A stretch of 39,148 nt of DNA, from contig JBAYNT010000002.1 in the NCBI GenBank assembly GCA_041678645.1, positions 1 through 39,148 of the forward strand. The letters run 5' to 3'. Below, in pieces: positions 1 through 8,271 of this stretch. The position numbers and the translations under genes are program-made. The notes under the pieces are model-generated. The model did no database searches. It worked only from the letters and a program-made list of their open reading frames with translations, and was not told where the DNA came from. The DNA comes from Candidatus Dojkabacteria bacterium (GTDB lineage Bacteria; Patescibacteriota; Dojkabacteria; SC72). Positions within the stretch are counted from its first letter, which is position 1. Every line of letters begins with the position of its first letter.

Positions 1-337
1 CATTCTTCATAGATTTCTTTAATAGCTTCTGAAAGGATTCTTTCAGGGCATGGAAATCATTACAAAACTTAAAGGCTATATATTCATATATGTACCCATT
101 ATCATTTAACCTCATTTCTTCTACCGATTCTTTTACCACTACCCTAAGAAGTCTAGTCATTCTATGTCTTTGTGGTGCATTACCTATCTTTTTACTGACT
201 ACAAACCCAAATTTAGGTGTAATTTCAGTAGAGTAGGGAACTGCAATCAACATACCGTATTCATCTCGGTATTTATCGCCTTTCTCATATATATATTTAA
301 AAAGTTTGGGTGGTAACCTATATCGTTTCTGTAGCAT
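1..337 (-). CDS. rnpA: RNase P protein component (C-terminal end cut by window edge)
   Basis: My own minus-strand translation from the ATG at 337-335 is open to position 1: MLQKRYRLPPKLFKYIYEKGDKYRDEYGMLIAVPYSTEITPKFGFVVSKKIGNAPQRHRMTRLLRVVVKESVEE... The FGFVVSKK.GNA..RHR.TR motif is RnpA-like. It lies 13 nt downstream of rpmH, the conserved rpmH-rnpA arrangement. It is not in the ORF track because no stop falls in the window. Confidence 0.8.
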   Translation of the reverse strand, partial: MLQKRYRLPPKLFKYIYEKGDKYRDEYGMLIAVPYSTEITPKFGFVVSKKIGNAPQRHRMTRLLRVVVKESVEEMRLNDNGYIYEYIAFKFCNDFHALKESFQKLLKKSMKN

Positions 338-350
338 ATCCTATTATATA

Positions 351-533
351 CTATCTCTTGTGTGCTTTAGGTTTTTTCCTTAATTTCTTGTACTCTTCAG
401 TTGCTGAAAGGGCCTCTCTACCCTTCTTCCTTCTTCGACTGAGAACTCTCTTTCCGTCCTTAGTTTTATTCCTAGCTCTAAAGCCAAATTTTCTAAGTCT
501 TTTTAAGTTTTTTGGTTGGTACGTTCTTTTCAT
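351..533 (-). CDS. rpmH: 50S ribosomal protein L34 with a 16-aa basic C-terminal extension
   Basis: [44 protein letters not shown] is canonical L34, followed by [16 protein letters not shown]. It is divergent from dnaA. Confidence 0.95.
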   Translation of the reverse strand: MKRTYQPKNLKRLRKFGFRARNKTKDGKRVLSRRRKKGREALSATEEYKKLRKKPKAHKR

Positions 534-752
534 ACGGCCTAATTATATATAAATAAGTTAATTTAGGCAAATATAAGATAGTTTTAAAACTACCTTGATT
601 TTTCAGTTCTACTAATCCTTTAGTTAAGAGCTTTCTATACTTCTAGCTAAAGAACTATCCACATGACGAAAAATGTGTATATAATGTGAGAGTAGTCCCA
701 ACCGACTATCGACTGCCCCAAGATAGTAAGATTTTTATGTAATACAACTTTT

Positions 753-2222
753 ATGAACAAAGTCGATATTGAAAATTATAAAAAAGATTTACCTAGACCT
801 GATATTTCTAATAATAGTAGTATTTCTTCTGAAGAAAACTTTGATGCAGATGATACCTGGAAAGCTGTAAAAGAAATCTTAAAGTTAAGAATACCTGACA
901 GAGGGTTTAAAACTTGGTTTAATAATGCTTATATCGAGAATATCTCTAATGGGGTTGTAGAATTCACTTGTGATAGTGACATACAAAAGCATGCAATAGT
1001 TAAAGACTACATACAAGTTTTAAAGGATTCTCTGCAGAAAGCTACCGGTATGAATTTTATGATTAATATTAATACAAGAGATAAGGAAAGAAGTAAAAAA
1101 GCTAAATATGAGTATTACGAAGGGACTGAGGGTAATGCTCCAGAATCGAAAACTCTGTTCACTGATCTAGAGAATCAGAGGATTTTACGCCAAAAGGCCA
1201 TTGAGAAGGCTCAACTTAATCCTAAATATACTTTTGATAATTTTGTAATAGGCTCACATAACAGATTGGCTGAAGCAGTTGCTCGGGCCTCAGTAGAAGA
1301 GTTAGGTACGTTGTACAATCCAGTTTTCTTCTATGGGAGTACTGGGGTAGGTAAGACTCATCTTATGCAAGCTATGGGTAATGAAGTAATTAAAAATGAT
1401 CCAAAAAAGGAAGTCGTCTATGTTTCTATAGAGCAATTCCTTAATGAAATGATCACTAGTATTAGGTCTAAAAGGGAACAGAATTTTAGAGAAAAATATA
1501 GGAAGGTTGACCTTTTAATACTTGATGATATTCAATTTGTAGAATCGTATCCTAAAACTCAAGAGGCTCTTTTCCACACTTTTAACACGCTTTACCAATC
1601 TAATAAACAGATTGTGCTTGCAGCAGACAGACCTCCAAGTGAGATGAGAAATCTAACAGATAGGCTTAGATCTAGGTTTTCTGGAGGTATGGTTGCAGAT
1701 ATAGGCGTGCCTGATTATGAGACTCGTATGGCTATATTACAGCAGGTTATCGAGGACAAGCATATTGATATTCCAAATGAATACTTAGATTTAATAGCTA
1801 AGAACATTGAGAGTAATGTAAGAGAGTTAGAGGGAGCTTTAAATAAGATAACTTCTCTTGCGAGGCTGGGTGATTTACCGTCTTTTGAGGAAGCTGCAAA
1901 AATTTTACAGGTGGATATTGATAGTAAGAGAAAGAAAATTACCCCTAAAAAAGTCATAGAAACAGTATCGGATGTATTTGAAGTTAAGGTCTCTGAGATT
2001 AAAGGTAATAGAAGGACGGCATATGTCGCCCTCTCTAGGCAGGTAGTCATGTATATTCTTCGAAAGGAGCTTGAATTGCCTCTAGAGAAGGTCGCAAGAG
2101 AGGTAAATAGGAAGGATCATACTACTGTATTACATGCATGTGAAAAGATAGAAAAGATGATGGACGAAGATAGCAGATTTAAAGAAAAGGTTGAAACTTG
2201 TAAGAGATACCTCTGTCAGTAG
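753..2222 (+). CDS. dnaA: Chromosomal replication initiator DnaA
   Basis: Walker A GSTGVGKTHL, Walker B LLILDDIQF, sensor/box VII and the C-terminal DNA-binding helix DHTTVLHACEKI. Conserved rpmH/dnaA/dnaN synteny. Confidence 0.97.
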   Translation: MNKVDIENYKKDLPRPDISNNSSISSEENFDADDTWKAVKEILKLRIPDRGFKTWFNNAYIENISNGVVEFTCDSDIQKHAIVKDYIQVLKDSLQKATGMNFMININTRDKERSKKAKYEYYEGTEGNAPESKTLFTDLENQRILRQKAIEKAQLNPKYTFDNFVIGSHNRLAEAVARASVEELGTLYNPVFFYGSTGVGKTHLMQAMGNEVIKNDPKKEVVYVSIEQFLNEMITSIRSKREQNFREKYRKVDLLILDDIQFVESYPKTQEALFHTFNTLYQSNKQIVLAADRPPSEMRNLTDRLRSRFSGGMVADIGVPDYETRMAILQQVIEDKHIDIPNEYLDLIAKNIESNVRELEGALNKITSLARLGDLPSFEEAAKILQVDIDSKRKKITPKKVIETVSDVFEVKVSEIKGNRRTAYVALSRQVVMYILRKELELPLEKVAREVNRKDHTTVLHACEKIEKMMDEDSRFKEKVETCKRYLCQ

Positions 2223-2690
2223 TCTGTGGATAAGTATGTGAACATCTTCCTGACAATTTCTGATAACTCTGTAGTTATTCACAATGATTTAATAGTATAT
2301 TGAAACCTTCTCCTTTTATGACAATGTTTTTAATGAAAAGAGTATCCACAACCACAAGCGACTTATCCTTTCTTATTCACAAAAACAATCCACATTGAGA
2401 AATGTTTTGAGGGAAAGATTTCCTAAAGGGTTAAAGTGTAACTTTAATATTTAGTATCCACAGACTAAAATTATAGAGAAATGTCGTATTAGAAAAGATT
2501 TAGATATGCTCATTTCTAAGATATCAACATATCCATACCCCTTATTATTATTACTACTATCTTTATATAAAATAAAAACTATTAATGAACAAAGGAAAAG
2601 AAAAAGAAAACACCCCTACAAACCAATTGATAATTGTCATATAATGGAGAAGTTAGAACTGCCTGTATTTAATATCTATAGAAGATAACT
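2223..2690. other. Candidate oriC: DnaA-box cluster plus AT-rich unwinding tract in the dnaA-dnaN spacer
   Basis: Six 9-mers with 0-2 mismatches to TTATCCACA. They are 2225-2233 (tgtggataa, perfect, reverse), 2275-2283 ttattcaca, 2342-2350 gtatccaca, 2373-2381 ttattcaca, 2386-2394 caatccaca and 2454-2462 gtatccaca. An AT-rich tract (cttattattattactactatctttatataaaataaaaactattaa) lies at about 2541-2590. One further box, ctatccaca, sits at 655-663 upstream of dnaA. Confidence 0.75.
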
Positions 2691-3815
2691 ATGAAATTCT
2701 CATGTAATCAAGATACCTTTGCTAAGTATTTAAACATTGTTAGTAGAATTGTTAGTAGCAAACCAGGATTACCTATATTAAACAATGTTAAATTTGAGGC
2801 AAGTAAGGGGAAGATCTTAATTACTGCAACCGATCTTGAAATAGGTATTAGTACATGGATAGGTGCAGATATCCAATCAGAAGGAAAGATCACAGTGCCT
2901 GCTAAGCAATTAGCAGAGTTTATTAACTCTATTCCTAATGAGAAAGTAGATGTAGAACTTGATAAGCAGACCTTTAAGGTTAGCTCACCCAATAATAATG
3001 CAGAGTTTAATACCATTGGAACAGAGGATTATCCAGAAATTCCAACAATAGATAAAGAGAAACCTTTGCTTAAGATTAGTCAGGAGGATTTAATCAAAGC
3101 TGTTAATAGGGTTGCATTCGCAGCAGCTACGGATAATATAAAACCCGTTCTTGCGGGAATGTTAATGGAAATAGATGGATCTAAAGTTAACTTTGTCGGC
3201 ACAGATGGTCTAAGGCTGTCTAGGCAGATTATTGAGTTAGAAAGTGATACTCAAGAGAGTAAATCACTACTGATTCCTGTAAAGGCTATGCAGGAGTTAG
3301 CATATATTATGTCTGAAATATCAGATGAGGCCTCCGCAGTTGAGCTGTACTTGATTAAGGATAGGAACCAAATACTGTTTAGAGTAGGGGATGTCGATTT
3401 AACTTCTAGGTTAATAGATGGGGAGTTCCCAGAGTATAGGCCAATTATACCTACGGGATTTAACACAAAATGTGAAATTAAAAGATCTGACTTTTTGGAT
3501 TCCCTTAAAGTTACCAATATTATAGCTAGATCAGTCTTGGGTAATAAAATTATTATTCAGATAGATAGTAAAGAAGGTACTATCACAATGTCTGCCTCCC
3601 AATCAGATGTTGGTAGTAATCAAAGCACCTTCTCTGGTGAGATGGAAGGAGAGAATATAGAGATTGCATTTAGCTCGAGGCTTTTAACAGATGTATTAAA
3701 CCACTTACAATCAGAAGAAATTCTGTTTGAGTGCTCAGAAGCTATTAAGCCAGGTGTTTTTAAAGTAAAAGATGACGAAAACTTTATACACCTAGTTATG
3801 CCAATGATGATCTAG
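2691..3815 (+). CDS. dnaN: DNA polymerase III beta sliding clamp
   Basis: 374 aa immediately after dnaA/oriC. N-terminus MKFSCNQDTFAKYLNIVSRIVSSKPGLPILNNVKFEA is typical of DnaN, and the length fits three domains. Confidence 0.96.
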   Translation: MKFSCNQDTFAKYLNIVSRIVSSKPGLPILNNVKFEASKGKILITATDLEIGISTWIGADIQSEGKITVPAKQLAEFINSIPNEKVDVELDKQTFKVSSPNNNAEFNTIGTEDYPEIPTIDKEKPLLKISQEDLIKAVNRVAFAAATDNIKPVLAGMLMEIDGSKVNFVGTDGLRLSRQIIELESDTQESKSLLIPVKAMQELAYIMSEISDEASAVELYLIKDRNQILFRVGDVDLTSRLIDGEFPEYRPIIPTGFNTKCEIKRSDFLDSLKVTNIIARSVLGNKIIIQIDSKEGTITMSASQSDVGSNQSTFSGEMEGENIEIAFSSRLLTDVLNHLQSEEILFECSEAIKPGVFKVKDDENFIHLVMPMMI

Positions 3816-4479
3816 GTTTATATTCCATCACTTTATAACCTCTACCATGTATAGTTCTTATAATGTCCTTATGGTCGAGCTTATCTCGTAACCTTTTTAT
3901 ATGTACATCTATTGTATTTGAACCTATATACTCTCTATAATCCCATACATGATCAAGTAACTCACACCTACTTACTATCCTATCTTTATGCCTAACCAAA
4001 TACTCTAGTAGTTCAAATTCCTTCTTTCTAAGTTTTATATCCTTCTCCTTATCCTTAATTGAGAAATTATCCTTATCTAAGCAGTATTCTCCTATATATA
4101 GACTACCATCTATATATGACTTGGGCCTCCTCTGTAAAGAGTTAATCCTTTCCACTAACTCCTGTATAGGAAAAGGGTAGGAGACTACGTCGTCTCCACC
4201 ATTTTTTAGAAAACTAACCTTGTCTTTCCAACCTCCATGGCTACATAATCCTAATATCTTTATTTCCTTGTCAACCTTCCTAACACTTATTAAGATATCG
4301 AGCGTATATCTCCCTGGTAGATTAGTATTAATTATTACTACATCGAAGACCTTTTTCTTCACGAAAGTTTTATTGTAGAAATTTTTACTATCTATCGTGA
4401 TATCAAAACCTTGAGCTTCCAAAGACTTTTTAACTAATTGGGATATTGTTTTACTTTCCTCTATAATTAGAATATTCAT
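3796..4479 (-). CDS. OmpR/PhoB-family winged-helix response regulator with a degenerate (non-phosphorylatable) receiver domain
   Basis: C-terminal KLRKKEFELLEYLVRHKDRIVSRCELLDHVWD...NTIDVHIKRLRDKL...IRTIHGRGY is the trans_reg_C winged helix. In the N-terminal receiver, DVVIINTNLPG replaces the consensus DLIILDxxLPG (Asp to Asn). LCSH replaces LTA (Thr to Cys) and SYPF replaces KPF (Lys to Tyr). The gene overlaps the dnaN 3' end by 20 nt, convergently. Confidence 0.85.
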   Translation of the reverse strand: MNILIIEESKTISQLVKKSLEAQGFDITIDSKNFYNKTFVKKKVFDVVIINTNLPGRYTLDILISVRKVDKEIKILGLCSHGGWKDKVSFLKNGGDDVVSYPFPIQELVERINSLQRRPKSYIDGSLYIGEYCLDKDNFSIKDKEKDIKLRKKEFELLEYLVRHKDRIVSRCELLDHVWDYREYIGSNTIDVHIKRLRDKLDHKDIIRTIHGRGYKVMEYKPRSSLA

Positions 4480-4555
4480 ATATTTGAAAAAATAAATTAA
4501 TAGAAAGAGGATAAAGTAAATTGAGAAACAACCTTAATCCTATATTAAGAAAGTT

Positions 4556-4924
4556 ATGAAAATACTTTTAGGGCAGGGCATTTTAGTCTTTCTATCTGCA
4601 ATTATTTTGTATTACTTACTTCATGCCCCAACTTTTTTACCGTATACCGACAGTGGGGTAATTAATTGGGAGAATGTTATTGTTCTAATCTTTTTCTCAT
4701 CTGTAGTACTATTAAACTTGGTGTCTATATTTTTTGTTCTTATTAATAAGTTCTTCTTAAGAAAGCCTTTAACAAAAGAACTTTTTTATACATCACTCAA
4801 ATTAGGAACCCTGATAACCTTAGGGATAATTACTGTCTTTACATTGAATTTCCTACATATTTTAAATATTTATTACGGTTTAGGTGTACTCCTTATTGTG
4901 CTTGTTACATTTTTTGTTATATGA
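4556..4924 (+). CDS. Hypothetical 4-TM membrane protein
   Basis: 122-aa ORF with four hydrophobic segments, divergent from the response regulator. No recognisable family. Confidence 0.5.
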   Translation: MKILLGQGILVFLSAIILYYLLHAPTFLPYTDSGVINWENVIVLIFFSSVVLLNLVSIFFVLINKFFLRKPLTKELFYTSLKLGTLITLGIITVFTLNFLHILNIYYGLGVLLIVLVTFFVI

Positions 4925-4931
4925 TGTAAGT

Positions 4932-5624
4932 ATGAAAGAGAACGAAAATAGAAAAGAAACAGATAGTGATTTAGAGAAGATTGCCAAGATCATTACAGGA
5001 GAGATGTCTCTTAAAAAGAAAGAAGAAGAGCTTGAGAACATGAAAAAGAGCGCTATACAAGGTCAGAAGGAGAGTAAGAGGAAGGCTGTAATCGATATGG
5101 AGGTGGAATTAGAGGACGATGTTACCCAGCCTAAAAAAGTTATACAAAACATTAAGCTTTTTGAGTGGGAGACTCCTGATAGGTATGAGTACTCCTTTGA
5201 TGACAAATCTTTTATCATAGTTATTGCAATATCTCTCGTTTTAATCCTTTTCTTAGCCATCTTAGGTAAATATTTCCTAATGGCTGCATTAATCTCACTT
5301 CTTTTCTTCATCTATGTAGTTTTTTCAACAAAGCCTCTAATGGTAAAGCATAAGGTAACAGCTAGAGGAGTGGATTTTAATGATAAGCTTTATGAGTGGT
5401 TTATGTTAGACAGCTTCTACTTTTCAAAGAGAAAGGAGCAAAACTTCTTAATTGTTAATACTAGGCTAAGGTTTCCTAATACATTAATTATGCTTTTGGA
5501 TGAGAAGGATAGGTTACCTTTGTTTTTACTTCTACAAGAGTATGTTCTGTATAAGGACATTAAGAAGCAGGGGAGAATAGAAAAGATGAGTTTTGGAGAG
5601 TATATACCATTAGACGAGGTTTAG
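4932..5624 (+). CDS. Hypothetical membrane protein (charged N-terminus, 2-TM hairpin, C-terminal globular domain)
   Basis: The ORF track starts at 4884. I prefer the ATG at 4932 (MKENENRKE...) because it avoids overlap with the upstream gene. The TM hairpin is FIIVIAISLVLILFLAILGKYFLMAALISLLFFIYVVF. Confidence 0.55.
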   Translation: MKENENRKETDSDLEKIAKIITGEMSLKKKEEELENMKKSAIQGQKESKRKAVIDMEVELEDDVTQPKKVIQNIKLFEWETPDRYEYSFDDKSFIIVIAISLVLILFLAILGKYFLMAALISLLFFIYVVFSTKPLMVKHKVTARGVDFNDKLYEWFMLDSFYFSKRKEQNFLIVNTRLRFPNTLIMLLDEKDRLPLFLLLQEYVLYKDIKKQGRIEKMSFGEYIPLDEV

Positions 5625-5657
5625 GATTTCTGTCTATATTCATATATAATAGCTATT

Positions 5658-5749
5658 GGAGAGATGCCTGAGTGGTCGAAAGGGGAGCACTCGAAATGCT
5701 TTGTGTGAGTTTACTCATACCGGGGGTTCGAATCCCTCTCTCTCCGCCA
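5658..5749 (+). tRNA. tRNA-Ser (anticodon CGA), CCA encoded
   Basis: Acceptor ggagaga/tctctcc, anticodon loop ctCGAaa, long variable arm, T-loop ttcgaat, 3' gcca. TATAAT at 5645-5650. Confidence 0.94.
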
Positions 5750-5954
5750 TCTTGCTAGAGAGATATTGTCTTAGAATTGAACGTAGAGCAGCAAGAAAAT
5801 TTCCCAGATTTTTACTTATTAGCATTATTCACCATGATGTGGACAACTACACTTAAGTGTCAACGAAGGGCCGTACATAAGCACTTTGCACCGTCTAAAC
5901 TACTATATACTATACGATATATAACTATAGGGGCGAGATATAAAAGGTGGTAAA

Positions 5955-6509
5955 ATGGTCTCCTTTTTGATAATGTATAAGTATATGGAAAATCTTTCAG
6001 AGCCTCTGTCAGAGCAGGCAAAAATCCAAATCCAGGAAGAGATCAAACCTAAGAAAGAAAAGTACTCTATTCTTGAGGTTCTCGTTGTCCTATCTGCAAT
6101 CTCAATTGTTGTTGTACTTGCTTTTTTAGCAATTAATCCGGGCAAACAGGGAGCTGAAGCAAGGAATAGCCAGAGACGAGCAGATGTCTCGTATATCCTT
6201 AGCCAAGTAGTTGCTAATTCCCGTAGTAGAGAAGGGATCTCAAATATTATACCGATAAACGACCAATGTGTTTCTTTCGGAAACGAGATATGTAAAATTG
6301 GGCCATATGACTGCAGAGACTATGTCGATTTAAGCTTTCTAAATGCTCCTAATAGCGAGGATGTTGTTCAGATTCCTACAGATCCTCTCTATATATCAGC
6401 TAACGGTACAGGGTATTACATCGTTCAAGACGGGGCAGGGGGCTTAACAGTATGCTCTCCATATGCAGAAAGAAGCGAAGAGATTACATTTACTAAATAT
6501 TTATATTAA
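5955..6509 (+). CDS. Type IV pilin / pseudopilin-like protein with an atypical long leader
   Basis: Strong SD aaggtgg (5944-5950) lies 4 nt before the ATG. The segment YSILEVLVVLSAISIVVVLAFLAI resembles the class III signal FTLIELLVV with Glu at +5. The C-terminal domain has four Cys. Confidence 0.6.
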   Translation: MVSFLIMYKYMENLSEPLSEQAKIQIQEEIKPKKEKYSILEVLVVLSAISIVVVLAFLAINPGKQGAEARNSQRRADVSYILSQVVANSRSREGISNIIPINDQCVSFGNEICKIGPYDCRDYVDLSFLNAPNSEDVVQIPTDPLYISANGTGYYIVQDGAGGLTVCSPYAERSEEITFTKYLY

Positions 6510-6510
6510 T

Positions 6511-7491
6511 ATGTTAGATATGGGTGGATATTCTGAAAAGAAATTTGAAATGCAAAAGAAGCAAATCCTTCTCTTTGTAACAGTGTTAGCGTTTTTAATC
6601 TTTGCATACAACGCAGGGGAGATTTCTTGGATGAAAGATCTCTTATTATTTATAGAGTTAATATCTTCCATTTTAGCTGTATTTATTGGCCTTCTTGCAT
6701 TAGTGCGCTTTTACACTAAGAAAACTAAGTTAAGTTACCTTGTCATAGGGCTAGGCTTTCTCTTCATTGGGTTCCTAGAGGGGGTACAAATAGTCGTGTC
6801 TGTTGGGAGTTTCCAATCGTTGCTTAACTATTCTCCATCGGAGGTCTTTCCTTTGACGATGGTTATATCTAAAGGGTTTTTAGCGATAGTATTCTTTTTA
6901 AGCTACCTACTAAGGAAGGATTATGAGAATGTAAATAGTAAACAGGAGAAAGGTATTTCTTTAGTAGTTCTCTTTCTCTTTGCTTTTCTAATTTCTATAT
7001 CCTTACTTTTCACAGACATGTTCAATAACTATCAGGAATACCTCCCTGCACTCGTAGGAGGCTTTTTAAGCATGCTGATGTTCCTATTCACTGTCTTTGG
7101 TCATTGGAGGTCTAATACGTGGAAATATGAGTCTTTGGAGTATTGGCAAATGTTCTCCCTAGTTTTTCTTCTGCTCTCAACAATTTTCTTTCTTCCTCTT
7201 CTGAACTTAGAGCATGATTTAATGATGACCTTTTCTGTATTAGCCAAATTCTTCAGCTATATCTTCCTCTTGCTTGGCTTTCTAGTGAGTATTTATGAGA
7301 TGTACAGTAGGGAGTTTGAGTATCTTGAAGAATTTAAAGAGAAAAACAGATTGTTGTTAAAGAGTAAGGAGAGTGTGGAGGAGGCATATATGCTTTTGAG
7401 AGATGAGAAATGGAGGATTGCTAAGGGTAAAGGGAAGGGTAAGATGGAGGGGGTATTAAAAAATATCATTGAGGGTAAAGATGAAAATTAA
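6511..7491 (+). CDS. Polytopic membrane protein (about 7-8 TM, MASE3-like sensor-module resemblance) with a C-terminal coiled-coil and no output domain
   Basis: The ATG at 6511 follows the pilin stop (6509). LLLFIELISSILAVFIGLLALVRFYTKKTKLSYLVIGLGFLFIGFLEGVQIVV resembles the first helices of MASE3-type membrane sensor domains (from memory, not searched). The C-terminus is EFEYLEEFKEKNRLLLKSKESVEEAYMLLRDEK...KGKGKGK. Confidence 0.5.
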   Translation: MLDMGGYSEKKFEMQKKQILLFVTVLAFLIFAYNAGEISWMKDLLLFIELISSILAVFIGLLALVRFYTKKTKLSYLVIGLGFLFIGFLEGVQIVVSVGSFQSLLNYSPSEVFPLTMVISKGFLAIVFFLSYLLRKDYENVNSKQEKGISLVVLFLFAFLISISLLFTDMFNNYQEYLPALVGGFLSMLMFLFTVFGHWRSNTWKYESLEYWQMFSLVFLLLSTIFFLPLLNLEHDLMMTFSVLAKFFSYIFLLLGFLVSIYEMYSREFEYLEEFKEKNRLLLKSKESVEEAYMLLRDEKWRIAKGKGKGKMEGVLKNIIEGKDEN

Positions 7492-8194
7492 GAGGTACCA
7501 AAAGAAGTATGATTTTTCGTATGCATTAGGTACTTATCCCGTTATTGATTTGTTAAATTACAGGGCAAATGAGATTATAACGATCTTTATTAAATCAACT
7601 GCGGATAGTAGTGAGGGAGTAAAGGAGGTGAAGAGATTGTGTAAAGAGAAGGGTATTAGTTTAAATGTATCTGATAGGAGTATTGAGAAGATTGCAGTAA
7701 AGGAGAATACGTATGTAATGGGTGTGTTTAGAAAGTATGATACAGAACTAGAGGAGGGTAATCATTTGGTTTTGATTGAGCCTAGGAATATGGGCAATAT
7801 AGGTACAATTATTCGGACAATGTTAGGTTTCAGTTTTAAGAATTTAGTATTGATAGGTTCTAGTGCTGATATTTTTGATCCTATGGTTGTAAGGTCTACG
7901 ATGGGTGCATTATTTAGGATAAACTTTAAGCATTACAACACTATACAACAGTATATGTCCGGATATCCGAAATATAACTTATATCCGTTTATGTTGGAGG
8001 GGGCCAAGGATATTAGAGAGGTAGAATTTAAAGAGCCTTTTAGTATTGTACAGGGTAATGAGAGTAGGGGGTTAGATAGTAGCTTTAAGGATATTGGGCA
8101 GAGTGTGTATATTCCCCATTCAGAGGATATTGACTCTTTGAATTTAGCAATAGCTACTAGTATTGGGTTGTGGGAGGCTAGCAGGAGAAAGTAG
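7481..8194 (+). CDS. SpoU/TrmH-family RNA 2'-O-methyltransferase
   Basis: SPOUT motifs LIEPRNMGNIGTIIRTMLGF, GNESRGL and IPHSEDIDSLNLAIATSIGLWE. SD gaggg (7471-7475) favours the ATG at 7481 over the TTG at 7469. Confidence 0.85.
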   Translation: MKIKRYQKKYDFSYALGTYPVIDLLNYRANEIITIFIKSTADSSEGVKEVKRLCKEKGISLNVSDRSIEKIAVKENTYVMGVFRKYDTELEEGNHLVLIEPRNMGNIGTIIRTMLGFSFKNLVLIGSSADIFDPMVVRSTMGALFRINFKHYNTIQQYMSGYPKYNLYPFMLEGAKDIREVEFKEPFSIVQGNESRGLDSSFKDIGQSVYIPHSEDIDSLNLAIATSIGLWEASRRK

Positions 8195-8242
8195 TTGTAA
8201 CGCTTTGTGGCCATTCAGGTTCTTCAAATGTGTATAACTAAA

Positions 8243-8251
8243 TGGTATAAT
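8243..8251 (+). promoter_or_regulatory. Extended -10 element TGGTATAAT upstream of tmRNA
   Basis: Exact TGnTATAAT lies 20 nt upstream of the tmRNA 5' end. The same motif recurs before two tRNAs and a pilin gene. Confidence 0.45.
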
Positions 8252-8271
8252 ACATAGTTCTTTATCAATAT

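Noticed and set aside
310-552. 80-aa plus-strand ORF.
   Set aside because: It is exactly antisense to the unmistakable rpmH gene.
2506-2688. 60-aa ORF between dnaA and dnaN.
   Set aside because: It lies in the AT-rich unwinding region of the putative oriC. The sequence is low-complexity (LLLLLSLYKIK, RKRKRK) and I see no SD.
5656-5856. 66-aa ORF.
   Set aside because: It overlaps tRNA-Ser(CGA) on the same strand, and its translation is an artefact of the tRNA sequence.
5750-5954. 205-nt non-coding gap after tRNA-Ser, which might hide a small RNA. It contains a stem cttgct...agcaag and the palindrome ACACTTAAGTGT.
   Set aside because: I could not recognise any known ncRNA signature (SRP, 6S, RNase P or riboswitch), and the stem is short with a large loop. 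I kept only the palindrome, as a note under the pilin finding.
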